Source: Cenococcum geophilum
Taxonomy: Eukaryota
Direction of reading: 5' to 3'
Length of the DNA stretch: 64,000 nucleotides
Assembly: GCA_050273025.1 (NCBI GenBank)
Contig: CP158635.1
Coordinates: 1,798,001-1,862,000 of the forward strand
Shown here: piece after piece, positions 24,231-37,433 of the stretch
How the letters are laid out: each line of letters starts with the position of its first letter
Numbering within the stretch: the first letter of the stretch is position 1
Made by a program: the position numbers and the translations under genes
The notes under the pieces: generated by a model
Told to the model about the DNA's origin: nothing
The model's database searches: none
The model's input: the letters and a program-made list of their open reading frames with translations, nothing else

Positions 24231-25043
24231 TCAAGGGGCTTGAAATCGCCAGCTATCCCATTCATCCTCATCATAATCGTCATCACTTTCGTCTTCCGCG
24301 CTGTCATCTTGAGGCTGAGGAGCCACTTCAACCACATCATCCATTTTCTCCTGCTCGTGTGACTGTCGCAATGCCTCCCTTTTCTCTCGCAATTTCCGGA
24401 CTCTTGCCTCTAACTCTTCCATCTCATCGAATTCCTCTTCTAGATATCGCGCAGCATCTTCCTTTTCCGCCTCAATCTCTGCGTCTCTTCTTCCCCGTTG
24501 GGCGTTCTGATCATCCCTGGCTTGCGCCGCGAGCTCAGCTGCTGATATTGGCGCAGCTTCGATAGTTGCCGAAGCGTTCAACGCTGGCACGACGTGTTGT
24601 TCCGGCGGTGGTGTTGCTACGTCCCGCTCAAACGCTGCCCATTCGTCCTCGTCTACGGTATCGGTAGTTGTGGGTTGCTGTTGCGCTAACGCATTGAAAA
24701 ACCCAGCGGGTAATGATGAGAGTGCTTCGGTCAATAGTGTTGCGTCAGCTGGCTGTTGCTGAATGTCTGCGGGAGCTCCTTCCTTCCCAAGTGCAGCCAG
24801 GGTGTCTTGTAGACTGGCGTCTTGAACCTCCCTAGCTTTGCCAGGATCCCCGTCGAAGAAGCCGGCTGGGAGACTTTTCGCTTCTTCAGCTTTTGTTCTC
24901 TTCCTTTCCCCAAGATCATCGTCGGATGCTTTTCGCTTTTTCCCACTTGGAGCAAGTGCGGGCGCAGCGGATACCTTTACAGCTTTGCCATTTTGTTGGC
25001 GAGCGGCTCGCTCCTGGCGGAGCATTGAGCGAACGTCTGCCAT
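24231..25043 (-). CDS. ZNF830/CCDC16-like nuclear coiled-coil protein
   Basis: Single exon starting MADVRSMLRQER; two LPAGFF motifs, VDEDEWAAFE, C-terminal coiled coil and acidic tail ending WDSWRF. Confidence 0.7.
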   Translation of the reverse strand: MADVRSMLRQERAARQQNGKAVKVSAAPALAPSGKKRKASDDDLGERKRTKAEEAKSLPAGFFDGDPGKAREVQDASLQDTLAALGKEGAPADIQQQPADATLLTEALSSLPAGFFNALAQQQPTTTDTVDEDEWAAFERDVATPPPEQHVVPALNASATIEAAPISAAELAAQARDDQNAQRGRRDAEIEAEKEDAARYLEEEFDEMEELEARVRKLREKREALRQSHEQEKMDDVVEVAPQPQDDSAEDESDDDYDEDEWDSWRFQAP

Positions 25044-25741
25044 GTGGAGTGCAGTATGCTGAGATGAAAAGCAGGAATAAATAGTGCTTGCGCGATGGCG
25101 AGTATAGTATGTAGATTGTGTGCTGTGCGAACGATGCGAGAGGTGGTTAACTACGCTTTGCTGATCTGACGGCGACGGTAAGCTCGAGGCCTGCACTAGT
25201 CTTCTGCCTAAAGTAGATTAGTGTTTTTGATGTCATGCCAAGGCGCTAGGCAAAGTACAAAAGCTCCGCATTCTTTAACGAGGTGTTGCGCCTCTTCTTC
25301 GCATCATTCCATCAACACCAACCCGCCCGCCCGCCGTCTTCGCGACAACACCCATCGCCATCTGACGTGAAGTGACAATCGCATCTGTCTGTTCTGTTTG
25401 CGTCGTTCGGGACCTGCCTCCGTCGAGCTACTTCTCGTGATTGATCCTCGCCTGCTTAACCTCGCGAAGAAAGGGAGAGTTCCAAGGTTGTTGCAAAGGA
25501 CGCCAGGCTCAGCCATCATCTGGCATCCGCCTGTCGTTCATCACCAACAAGCAGCAAAGGCTGATTCGGGAGAGGGGACATTGCAAGCCGTTGTCTAGTT
25601 GTCTATTTCTGTGGCCGCATGCCCTTTTGTATTACCTATCTACGATTCAAATTCCGTAGTAGAGTCGTGAAGCTTTGCGCGCTATTTGAACTATAAACTT
25701 CTCGCCACACCTGTTGAAACCCAATTTACGTGTCGCCCATC

Positions 25742-28439
25742 ATGGCCGGTAAGCAGAGTGCACCGTGTGTGCCTATGTTGAGGTTTCGCACCTCGCGCGA
25801 GCTATATATCAATACTCAACCATTATACGGCGCATACGCTAATACTTTATTTGCAGACGAACCACGACGATCCGGCCGCGCCAACAAGGGTCATCATACC
25901 AAGAATCAAGATCCTCTCGAGGAACCTGCGCCAAAGCGACCTGCTAAAGGCAAAGCTGGTGGCAAGGCCCAAGCCGCCCGTTCCCAGTCGGCGCAAACCG
26001 AGAACGAGGGAGAGGATGACGCTGTTATCCGTTGCGTTTGCGGGGTGCAGAGGGATATCAAAGGAAGACAAATGATTGCTTGCGACATTTGCGAGGCCTG
26101 GCAACACGTCAAGTGCTTGGGTCTTAAGGAGGGCGATGAATGGGAATCGAGGACATACTACTGTGAGCAATGCAGACCAGAGGACCATGTCGAACTACTG
26201 GCTGCTATGGCTCGAGGAGAGAAGCCATGGAACCGCAAGAAGGGCCAGAAACCCCTCAAGGCGAGCACGACTGCCAAGCAGTCTCGTCCGAGCGAAGTAC
26301 GGTCTGAGATAGAAGAAGATGTCAATAGTCCGAGGCCTCAGCCCCAACCTCAACCTCAGCCTCAGCCTCAACCTCAGTCCCAGCCTCAGCCTCCACCTGC
26401 TGCCATTCCAGCGCCAGAACCTGCGACAAAGTACGATGTGACTCCCATAGAAAGTGCTAACGGCCAAAGGGAAGCAAAGGTAAGAGCTCTGGGACTTCCA
26501 ATACTGACATTTTACTAACCTATTCTAGCAGACCATAAAGCCGGATGCACCGCGAAGTCAACCCCAGTCGCCTGTAGGGGAGAAGCGGCGGAGAGAAACA
26601 GTTACTGAGAAAGATGGCACCGAGGCGAAGAGGCGTAAATCAAATGTGCAAGGGCATGAAAAGCCAACCCAACGTTCTGTTTCATCGCAATCGGCCTCTC
26701 TACCCAGCCTCCGGAGGGCCATGGTTGACTCGGTCACCAAGTTGTTAGCCGATCTAATCAAACAAGCTTCTAAACAGCGGAGATATAGGATTCCGGATGG
26801 CGAAACTCCCAGCTCAATCTCATCCCGACTATCCATGGAAACGGACCAGGCAATGGTGGATAACCATGGCGCTCCGTCTGGAAATGATTCGCCCTATACC
26901 ATCAAGTTTAGGTCTATCATGTTCAATGTGAAGAAAAACACTGCTTTGCTTGATCGGATCCTATCTGGATCTCTAAAGGCTCATGAACTTACCACAATGT
27001 CTTCTGAAGATATGGCTAGTGAGGACAAACAGCGAGAATATGCAGCCCTGAGGGAGGAAAATGACAAGCAGGTTGTCCTGGTTGAGGAGAAGGGACCCCG
27101 CATCCGCAAGACCCATAAAGGAGAGGAGTTAATAGATGACGATAATCAAGCAAATCGTGGTGCAGAGGAGTCTGTATTCACTGTCCCAGAGCGTCGCCAT
27201 CGTGACAGTGTTCAGGAGGAGAAAGCAGCGGGTGATACTGACTCTCCAATGGATACAGGAAGCCCAATGAGAGTGGAGCTGCCTGAGGATGTTGGAAAGA
27301 CGCGTCCTCTTACCGTCGATACTTCAGCTCCTCCATCAGCTTCGTCAGCTAGACATCCTTCATCCGCTTTCGATGTGAAAGAGGTATGGCGACATGTCCG
27401 TTCTCCCGACCAGGAGCAACAGGCTTTCCATAGGCGTCAGAGTTCATTTACGGTTCATTCACAGCAGCAAGAAGGCCCTGGTGACGATGCAGATGTTGAC
27501 CGTCTGCTGAAAGACGAAGACAACGACGAGGAGATGTACTCTCCAGCGGACTACAGCGGCGATTCTACAGTATGCTGGCACGGTACTGTCGACATGCCCG
27601 CCGTAGGCCCGTTCGCTGCTGTCACGCGCCTCGTTGCCGGCGGTGATGTTGGGCAGAAAATCCCTTGGAACCAGATCCTGCCTTCCACAATACCAATAAC
27701 AGGTCGAATCGAGCATTCCAAGGGTAACGACTATGTGTCAGGCATGCGTGGAAGCGCGACCAATGACGTTGCCGTCCTTTTCATCAGCCCTGTCAACAAA
27801 GATGGCCGTGCCCGCATCGACAAACTGTTCGACTATTTCTTTTCGCGAGGACGCTGGGGAGTCGTGCCACCTGAGAAACTCGGACACGACGCAGCGCGAG
27901 ACCTATACGTTATACCCATAGCAGCCGGCGCCGACCCTCTCCCCTCCTTCCTCGACATGCTCGAGTACTGCACAGTCGAGACACCGCGTCCACACAACAT
28001 CCTCCTCCTCGCCCTCATCGCCCGGACAAAGACCCCAGCCAACTCCGCAGACAACACCCCGAGCCTGCACCAGACCCTCGACGGCACCGTCCCCGGCGGT
28101 CCCCTAGCCACTCCCGCCGCACCAAACCACGGCTACCCGCCCCTGCCGGGCTCGGTGCCTCACCCCGGCCCGCAATTCTCGCCGGTGACGGGCTACACCC
28201 CGGTGGGCGCGAACTACGGCAGCCCGTACCCGCCGGGCGCGCACCACGCGAACCGCCTCGCGGTCCAGATCTTCGACCGCTTCATCGACGCCCCCGTCGT
28301 CGTGCAGATGCTGCAGGCCGCGCCCGATATGGACGAGATCCGCATGCGCAATCTGAAGGATATCCTCGAGGCCGAGCCGGCGGCGCGCACGGATATGATG
28401 GTGCTGCAGGAGCATTTACGGCGGAAGAACGAGGGCTGA
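25742..28439 (+). CDS. BYE1: Transcription elongation regulator Bye1 (PHD - TFIIS central - SPOC); 3 exons
   Basis: Micro-exon ATGGCCG|GTAAG; PHD finger IRCVC...MIACDICEAWQHVKC...YYCEQC; TFIIS-M (FRSIMFNVKKN...MSSEDMAS); RIRKTHKGEE; SPOC (WHGTVDM...ITGRI...RDLYVIP); (PQ)n tract ~26336-26390. Confidence 0.92.
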
Positions 28440-29368
28440 TGGGCTTAGGGATAGGAATGGGGATGGGGATGGGGATGTGGGACCTGTGCTCCGGACGCGG
28501 TGCGAGGTTTCTGATTCTGTAGACGGTCTGGGATGTGATGGAATGGGAAGGGATGGGATGGGAAGGGAAGGGAAGGGAAAAGTGGGTTCGGTTTGATGGC
28601 TGCTCTGTTGTTTCTGTTGTGTTTTTGCTCTTTTTCTTTTTTTCGGTGAATGGGCCAGTGATACCACTATGCGGGGTTTGGGCGCTTGGGAGGTCTTATC
28701 TTGCAGTGCAATTTTTGAGCTTGTGAGTGTTTGCCTGGGGAGGCCGACTGCGCGGATTAGTACTAGTTAGGGGTAGAACATGGTGTGGCTGCGAGCCTGC
28801 GCCTAATTGTGTGGGAGACACGGGCAATGAGTAATGGGTTTTTGGTTGTGATGATTACGCTCCTAAAGGGCGTCTTTGCGCTGTATTATAGAAGTGGTTT
28901 AATCTGTATGCAAATGTTGACAAGTGATGCGCTCAGCTATTTTGGACGGTGAATGTGTGGTGATGACCTGTGAGGCAACAACGAGAGGCCGTGTTGAGGT
29001 AACGAGTCAAGGGTTAAGACGAGTCAGGGCACTCGTCCAGCGTAACTTTTGAGCTGAGTAAAGATACTGGAGTGTATTGGCATGTATTTGATTCAAATTT
29101 GTAAAGCTCTCTATTGGACATCTAGTAGCAGCAGCGTTTGAACGCAGTATCCGAATAAACCAACCATAGCAGCCATATCTTGACAAGTAATGAATGAGAC
29201 TTTCGTATCGCAACGCCGCAAAATGCTCCCAGACAAATATCCTCCAGAGTTCCCAATCCAATATTTACAAAATCCTTTAGTATACCCAATCTTTAATACA
29301 GCGTTCATAAAGCCTAATTCGTATCCACCTCACTCATCTGCTGCATTGTGGTGCCCGCCTGTCTGCTC

Positions 29369-30869
29369 CTAGCTCCCCGAGTCCCTGTTTTTGCACTGCG
29401 TGCTGGGCATTGAGCGCCAGCCAGGCCCGGACATCACACCTAGCTCAATATTATTTGGGTTCTCCTCATCCTCGTTTTCGTCGTCCATCAACCGCACCGT
29501 CTTGAATGACTCGGAGCGAGGATCTGTGAGCTTCTTGGATGTCACGGAGCGCGAGAACCGTGTGGTGGGGACGCTGCTGCTGCGATTTTTCCGGAGGAAG
29601 CCGAAGTTGCACTGTAAGAACGGCTTGTAGGTTACTCCGCAGGCGCAGACGATGGCGCAGTTGTATTCAATATAGCTGCAGGGAGTTAGGATTGGCTGGC
29701 GACGTTTGCTAAAAGATGGCAGGTGAAAGGGCTTACCCCATGTAACCGCCGGGAATATAGTATGTCGGATCAGTTGAGCCATGGTTGAGGTAGTCAACGA
29801 GTAATCCTACGCGAATTACACTCACGACGCACATCCTTTGTTCGAGGTGTGCTGCAGCGCACTTGTTTAAGACGGGTAGATTCCGAATAGACCACAGCAT
29901 GGCAGGAAACCTACAACGTTGACAGCAGATAAAGCGGAAATACCGATTTTTCTCCTCGAAAGCGTGAGACCCTTCACAATTGGAATCAGTAAGGCTAAGA
30001 CAGCTAGGTCGGTGACGCCATTCAAGACTCCGTTGGCGATGTAGAATGCCCTGGTGTTGATGCAGTGGCTGGTTGTGATGGTTAGGTCCCAGGATTTTGC
30101 TATCAGTGTGCAGGAGAATATGCTGACGCATATGCTATATCCGACGGTGATGGCTAGTGTCACCCACCATTGGATACGGAAGTTTTCGATAGGAATTATG
30201 CGCCGGTAAAGGAGAATGGAGACTTTAATGACTAGATTGCGGCAATCATCCATGTCTACAAGACATAGTCATTCCACGCCGAAAGTAGGGGAGGTAAAGA
30301 TGCAATGAAGAGGAAACGAAGAGGAGCGCGCTTCTATGGGACAGTAAGTGATGGAAGGCAGAGCTTCCAACCTTAAAGAAGTTCGGGCGAGAATGCCTAA
30401 TGCGCTCGCCCAAGCCGTAGTCAATCACTGCATAGGTTAGCTGACAGGTTTTCTTAAGCCCCATGGCACGCGGTTGCTCACTTTTTTAACAAAGAGCACG
30501 TTGTAGGGCAGATAACCCCTGAATTTAGTGGATTTTAGCTCAGAATTTCAAAACGCGGGGCAAGTGAACAGCTGCCCTTGCCAAAGCAAGTATCGTTATA
30601 TTCGTGGACGCAAGTTAAAACAATAACCGCATAAAAGCTTCGAGCAGTCAGTGTGAAGGGAAATTAGAAATTGTTCACAATCATCAATACCAAATAGACG
30701 CATAACATGGATGCGAGTGAAAAGGCGTAAGCATAGAGCTAAAGTTGAGACAATCAGAAATATGACATTCACAACTGTAAGGCTTTCGGTCCTCGGTGTC
30801 CAGCCGCCAAAAGCTAGAAACGAAGCCAGGCGGAGCAGGTGCGGCGGGAATGATTGAGCTGTCGACCAT
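29369..30869 (-). pseudogene. Pth11-like/fungal rhodopsin-domain 7TM integral membrane protein, frameshifted
   Basis: PAAPAPPG start, LRLFTRI...FGIDD, YGLG, KVSILLYRRI, NGVTDLAVLALLIP, IEYNCAIVCAC..YKP. One extra base in the A4 run at 30809-30812 puts the ATG frame out of register with TM1. Confidence 0.7.
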
Positions 30870-31043
30870 GCTTGGTGCATTCAGGTTTTTGGAGAAGCGC
30901 GCCGGAGACTGGAGGGAAACAGGACTGCACTGGAAGCTCGTAACTTCAATCATTATTCAGTTCATCATGTTGGTACAGCCTGTACGACCTTCAGTGTCTC
31001 GCACGCGCGGCGGGCATCTGATTTCGCTAATAAATAGCCAAGT

Positions 31044-34000
31044 TGTCGACCTGAATCGAAGTTCCTTACTACCATCGTAATACTGTCTGACGACCTAGAT
31101 CGTCTATACGAACTATGTCTCAGTTGTCTCGTATCTTAAGCTCGGATGTCTCATCGAACGTCTCATTACCTGTTTCTCTGAACTATGACCTACTACATGA
31201 CGACGTCGTCGTTATTGTATTTGGACCTACCTGATGTATATAAGAGAGCTTCTAGAGCCCTCTTTAATAAACAGAGTTCTCATTCCTAATCGTCCGTTCA
31301 ACAGTTATAAGCCTAGGCCGTCTACTATATCATCTTTAATTCCAAAGCCTTTATTCCCATTAATTTTAATTATTATCTTAATTATAGACAACTACCTATA
31401 ATAACTTCTTAATAAGAAACCCCTCCCGTTATTATATTATCCGTTATCCTTATAAGCCTAAATAATTAGGACAAATAGATTAAGGTTATTAAGTTAAAAG
31501 CGAATAATAATCATCTCTAGAAGTATATTAACCTATTAACACCTAAGACCAATCTACTATAGCTTAAAGAACCTATTCGTGCCTTACCTAAGGATACTAA
31601 TAACTAGGGGAAGACGAAGATCGCGGACCTAGATAAGGAGGAGAAGGAGAAGCTCTGTATACTTAAAGCCGACTATAGGGATAATATAAAGCTATATAGA
31701 AAACAGCTATTAGCTCTTAATACATTACGCAGCTATATCCTAAGCTCTATCTTACGTACCTACCTCATCTATACGTTTAAATACACCACTACCTATAACA
31801 TCTTAGTATCTCTTAAGAAGAGAATTACTCCGACTAACCACGCCTAAAAGCTTTAAATAGCTACTTAATATATAAAGCTTAAGAAGGCGCCTTAGAACTA
31901 GAACTTTAAGGTCTAGTTATAAGAGTAAGAGAAGGTGTATACTAAGTGTAAGGAGCAAGCTCTACCTAAGGTAGATAGTAATTATTTAGTAAAAGACTTT
32001 ATATACGCAGTTAAATTAATTACACTAAGCTAGTTAAAATATTAGAAGAATGAGCTTAATAAGCGTAAGTAGAAGAAAAAGACACTTCCTACTTTCTTTA
32101 AACTGGTTAAAATATACTAAAACCACCGTTGTACGGACCTCGCCTAGAAGGGCAAAACCCTATAAGGAGGATCCTTTAAAGTCACCTTTAAAGACAAGTT
32201 ACCAAATTTAAAGCCAAATTAAAACCTTAATTATTAGCAAATAAGTAGAAGAAGGAAAGGCAACTGCCGCTAGAGTGCCTATGCGGAAAACGTTACTACT
32301 TTAATAAATACTAGTATATCGTAGAGTTAATTCCTTACCTATTATAGTTTAAACCAAGTAACAAAATTTAGAAAAAGGTAGATAAGAAGATCGCTAATAC
32401 AACACCTGAAATTAAGGCTTATATTAAGTAAATTAAAAAGGACGATTAAGCTAATAAGAAGCTAAAGGATGGCAATAAGTAGAGCTCTTAAGAGCCTAGT
32501 AGAGGAGCTTTTACTATTTATTAAATAGGAGCCTATAACACAACCTCTAATTATAAGCTTTATAACGGCTTTATTCTTAACTTAGGAACCACTATATACG
32601 TCATTAATAATTAAGCTAGATTTATTAGCGAAATTGAGCCTATATTAGATCGGCTCTATATAGGATTAAATATAGAAGAGATTATAGGCTATAGCACAGC
32701 TATAGTTATAATTAACCGCCTAATGGGTAAGATATAGATGCAGCTCTTACAAGCAGCCTATGTACTAAGCTTTTATACTAACCTAGTATGCCTCCAAAAG
32801 CTTAATAATAAGGGAGTTTATTAGAATAATAAAGAGAATACTATCTTCTCTAGTAATAACGAGACGTACTTCCGCTATGGCTACTACTATAGTTAGAAAA
32901 CGGTTAAATATAATAAGCTAAAGGACTTATAAGAGGCTTTATTTATAACTTAATTAAAGCTAATAAAGCATTTATTAAAGCCTTTGCTAAATTAGGCGGA
33001 AGGCCATATATAGCACCAGTAATTAGGCTATATAGGAAAAAACGCAATTAAGTAACTACCTTAGTTAGTAACGGGCGCGATTATAAAAGGCCTAATAACG
33101 GTAAAATATAAATTATATAGAGTAAGCAAAGCTTATAAGGTAATATTAAGAAAACTACTAACTTAGTTGCTAGTTCCTTTCTATAGAATCCACCTTAATT
33201 TAATACCCGGAATAGTTATATTTAATGGCGATAAGTACGCGGTATACTTCCTTAACGACGCAACGCGAATAAATAAGGTAGAGATAATAGCTAAAAAGTC
33301 ATCCCTTACCCAAATTATTATTAAATATTACAATGTTATTAAACAACAATATGGCTTTAAGGTAGCCATTATCTACATAGATAGAGAGACGTCTCTTATA
33401 GGCGAATTTAAGGAATAGGCAGCTGAATGAGAAATTACTTTTAAAAGATCAGCACCTAATACTTAATTATAGAACGGTCCAGCGGAATAATCTAGGGGGG
33501 TAATTATACAAAAGGCTCGGTGTATAAGAATTAAGGCCTATTTACTAGAGGAGCTATATCTTAAAGTTTATAAAGCAGCTACCTATCTACTTAATTAAAC
33601 GCCTAGTAGAAGACTCGGGTGGTAAATACCTTTTAAAAGAATCTAGTTAGCTATAGGTATATTACCACTAAAACCAAATATAGGCCACCTATAAGTTTAC
33701 AGCTGTAGGGCCTACCCTCTTAAATATAATATTCTACGCCTAAATAAGCTCGCGCTAAGGGCCTATATAGGATATCTAGTAGGGTATAATTTGACGAATA
33801 TATTCTGAATCTATATTCCTAGTTAGAAAAAGGTTATTAGAACTAGAGACGTAAAGTTTAATAAGCGGTTGCTTTATAATAACTTATAGCTAGATCTAGC
33901 AAATATACTCTAAGTTAAAACTAATCAAATATTAGAAATTATTAATATCCATTAAATATAGGATCTTTAAGACGAATTAGAATTGTTATCTAATAAAAGC

Positions 34001-36353
34001 AATAAGACTTAAGACAAGATTTAAGTTAATACCAAAGGGAGATAATAGGTGGAATCTAGTAGAAATAAGGAAGAGCCTAATATTAAGAGTAGTAAGTAAT
34101 AAGATTTAAGCTCTAAAGATAACTTAGCTTTAGGGCTTCCTACTCTAGATAAAACACTAGAACCTAACTTACTGGAGCCTCTACTACTATCCTTAAATAC
34201 CTTAGTAAAGAAGCCGCACTATATCCTAGTTCCGACTAATAAAGCTAAGCTAAAAAAGAAGATTAATAGTAATATAGGAGAGTAAAACGTAGTTAAAGGA
34301 AAGAGACTTAAAGGACGATCAAAGATCTATATAGGCTTTTTTACTAACATCACCGACTAGAGCCTTTTAGCTTAAAGATTAGCCTTTAATATAGGGCTTA
34401 CATTTTATAAAAAGCTATACTATAATTAGCTCCCACTACCGCCTAGGAATTAAAAGGAGCTTTAAAAACATTAATATAAGGAAGAGTTCGCGGCTGTTGC
34501 TTAAAAGGAGTATATAGACCTTTAAAATTAAGGAACGTTTCAAGTTATTAACAAGACGATCTATACTAAAACAGTGCCTATTATCTAGGTATTTATATAT
34601 AAGACTAATATTAACAGATATCTAATAAGATTTAAAGCTTGTTTTTGCGCATAAGGTAATCTGCAAGAGTTAGTTTATAAAAATACCTATACCGCAACTT
34701 TAGCAGCAAGATTGTTTAGAGCCTTAATAGCTATTATCGTAATATTTGACCTGGACTATTAGCAAGGCGATACTGTTAATATATTCGTAAACAGCCTAAT
34801 TAACAAGGTCGTCTATATTAAGTATCTAAATAGATTTTTAATTAAGGGCAAATACCTACTACTTTAAAAAGCGCTTTATGGATTGCGACGATTACCTCTA
34901 CTATAGTATAGTAACTTAATAACAACACTAAAAAAGGAAGGCTTAAAGCTAGTGGCGGAGAAGTCTTGCCTATATTACAACGATTGGCTAATAATCTTCT
35001 TCTACGTCAATAATATTATAGCTATATTTAGGAAGAAAGACCTACTTAAGCTTAAAACTTTTAAGGAGCATCTTATAAAAAGGTATAAGATAAAGGACCT
35101 AGGTAACCTTACCTAGTTCCTTAAAATTTAAATTATCCGTAATAAAAAGAATAGGAAGCTCTAGCTTAGCTAAGACTCCTATATTAATAAGATTATAATA
35201 AGCTTTAAAGTTAAAGATTATTATAAAATATATATACTAATGGGTATTAAGGAACTTAAGCCTAATCCGGAGCAAGCCTTTAAGTAGGATACCTACGCCT
35301 ATTAGAGGAAAGTCGGATCTATACTCTATATAGTAAATATTACTTATCTAGATATAGCGAAAACAGTAAGTAAGCTATTAGAATTCTTATAAAATCCGTT
35401 ACTAATTTACGACGCAGCTACTATAAGGGCAATTACCTACCTTAATTAAACTAAGACTCTTATAATTAAGTATTTAAAGGAGAATATAATAAACTAGATC
35501 TTTGCAAGAGTAAGTAATATATTATTTAGCAATAATCTAGTAAGTAAAAAGAGCATAGAAGGCTATCTATTTACCTTATTTAGGGGACCAATTAACTAGC
35601 AATCTACGAGGCAGAAGTTAGTAATAAAATTAAGCATAAAAGTAGAGCTTTTAGCCCTATCGCATGCAGCTACTAAGTTAATTTAGTAATAACAATTCTT
35701 TAAAGAAATTGGATTTAACCCTAATAAGAAGCAAATAATATATTATAATAACCTATAGACTATTTAACTACTAACTAAAAGTAATACGGAGCTTAATACT
35801 AAGCTTTAACACGTTAATATCTATAACTACTAGCTCCGCTAGGAAGTTTATAAAGGAAGTATTAATATTAAATAGGTGCCTACTACAGACATAACAGTAA
35901 ACGGCATAATAAAGGCTCTGCCTCATTAAAAGTACGAGATATTTATTTAGTAATTAAACCTCGTTAATATTAAGGATCTAATTTAATTTAATTTAAAAGA
36001 TATTTAGGCAAGGTAAATATATAGAGGATTTCTTTTAACTTTTTTTTAGTATTTCTATAGTAGCCCAAAAGGCTCTATATAGCTAGGGGGGTATGTTAAC
36101 CTAAATCGAAGTTCCTTACTACTATTGTAATACTGTCTGACGACCTAGATCGTCTATACGAACTATATCTCAGTTATCTCGTATCTTAAGCTCGGATGTC
36201 TCATCAAACGTCTCATTACCTATTTCTCTAAACTATGACCTACTACATGACGACGTCGTCGTCATTGTATTTGGACCTACCTAATATATATAAGAGAGCT
36301 TCTAGAGCCCTCTTTAATAAACAGAGTTCTCATTCCTAATCGTCCGTTCAACA
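31044..36353 (+). mobile_element. Full-length Ty1/Copia LTR retrotransposon, RIP-inactivated
   Basis: 260-bp LTRs 31044-31303 and 36094-36353; TSD CAAGT; G-rich PPT before the 3' LTR. Degenerate gag, protease (~32570), integrase (33167 ORF fragment), RT FFYV(D)(D)I (~35000) and RNase H in Copia order. Confidence 0.97.
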
Positions 36354-37433
36354 CAAGTGCACCAGCGTAGATACTGTGCGCTTGGAAGACAGACTGTGCA
36401 TAGGCAAGAAAGGTAAAGTCTTTGATTTTTAAGCTTAATCGCAGGAGTTAAACTTGAAGTTCTCTAGTACGCAAAGTAGCGAAATTTGCTGGAGGGACAC
36501 CGGAGCTCGTACTCGCGTTCTATCTTTTAGTGGCCTCTTAATGTTATCACGTAATATTATCTACATATATCTCTCTTTTACCCCTCCCTTTTATACAGTT
36601 ATTAATATAGCTACAGAAACAATCTTTTTAAGGGCTCTACCAAGTCTACCTACCTTTTAATAGACTTAATAAAATCCTAAGTATGTGAGAGGCGTACGAG
36701 GTACAATTCGTCCAACAGTTATCGATAAGATCCAGCCTAATAGAACCAATCGGATTAAGTTGGGATGTCCATTTGTTATTTTGCCAGTGCACAGATCACT
36801 TGATGGTAGAATGCTACCGTTGCATGGGATCTTTATGCGGTAGGTGGTTCGACGATCTTAATTTTCTCGAAAAAACGGTATATTTTCCAACCTCCAAAAA
36901 CACGGGCGTTAACGTTGTCGTCGTGGCCTCCTGAACGTGGCGTTTCATTCATGCCCTTTTGTCCACTCACAGCGCGAGTTTGAGGATTCGTCACCTTCCT
37001 GAAAACAGCGGTTACGCCCAAAAGCAGCCATAAGGCAGCCACATGAGCTTAGATTATTACGGAAGTGCCACTAAAGCTTGTCGCTTGCACGGTTACGAAG
37101 AGTGGTAGGGCACGAGAGGCCCAAGGATATCGGTGTTCTAATCACACACCGAATACAGGTTCGGGAAAGTTTCTAGCCTAGCACCGACTGGTTGTTTCCT
37201 CCGGCGTGCCATGGTCCACCAGGCGGTTTCCGTACCTGCCATTGTGCCGCGAGCCCTGATGGCTGTCAACCAGGGTGTCAGCAGAGCAGAGACCAAGATG
37301 GATGCCAGGGGCGGATATAGGTAGAATCTCCCATTCTCGACATGGTCTTCAGAATCTTCTCTCGTACTTGCTCATGCTATTGTAGTCCAACTACGTACAC
37401 TCTTTTAATCATACCTGTCTCTCTTTTATCAGG

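Noticed and set aside
33167..33418. 83-aa ORF as a standalone gene
   Set aside because: Stop-free fragment of the RIPed Copia integrase.
36500..36710. Short AT-rich segment with CTCGTAC...GTACGAG inverted heptamer as a MITE
   Set aside because: Inverted match is too short and there is no convincing TSD; probably a RIPed relic but not definable.
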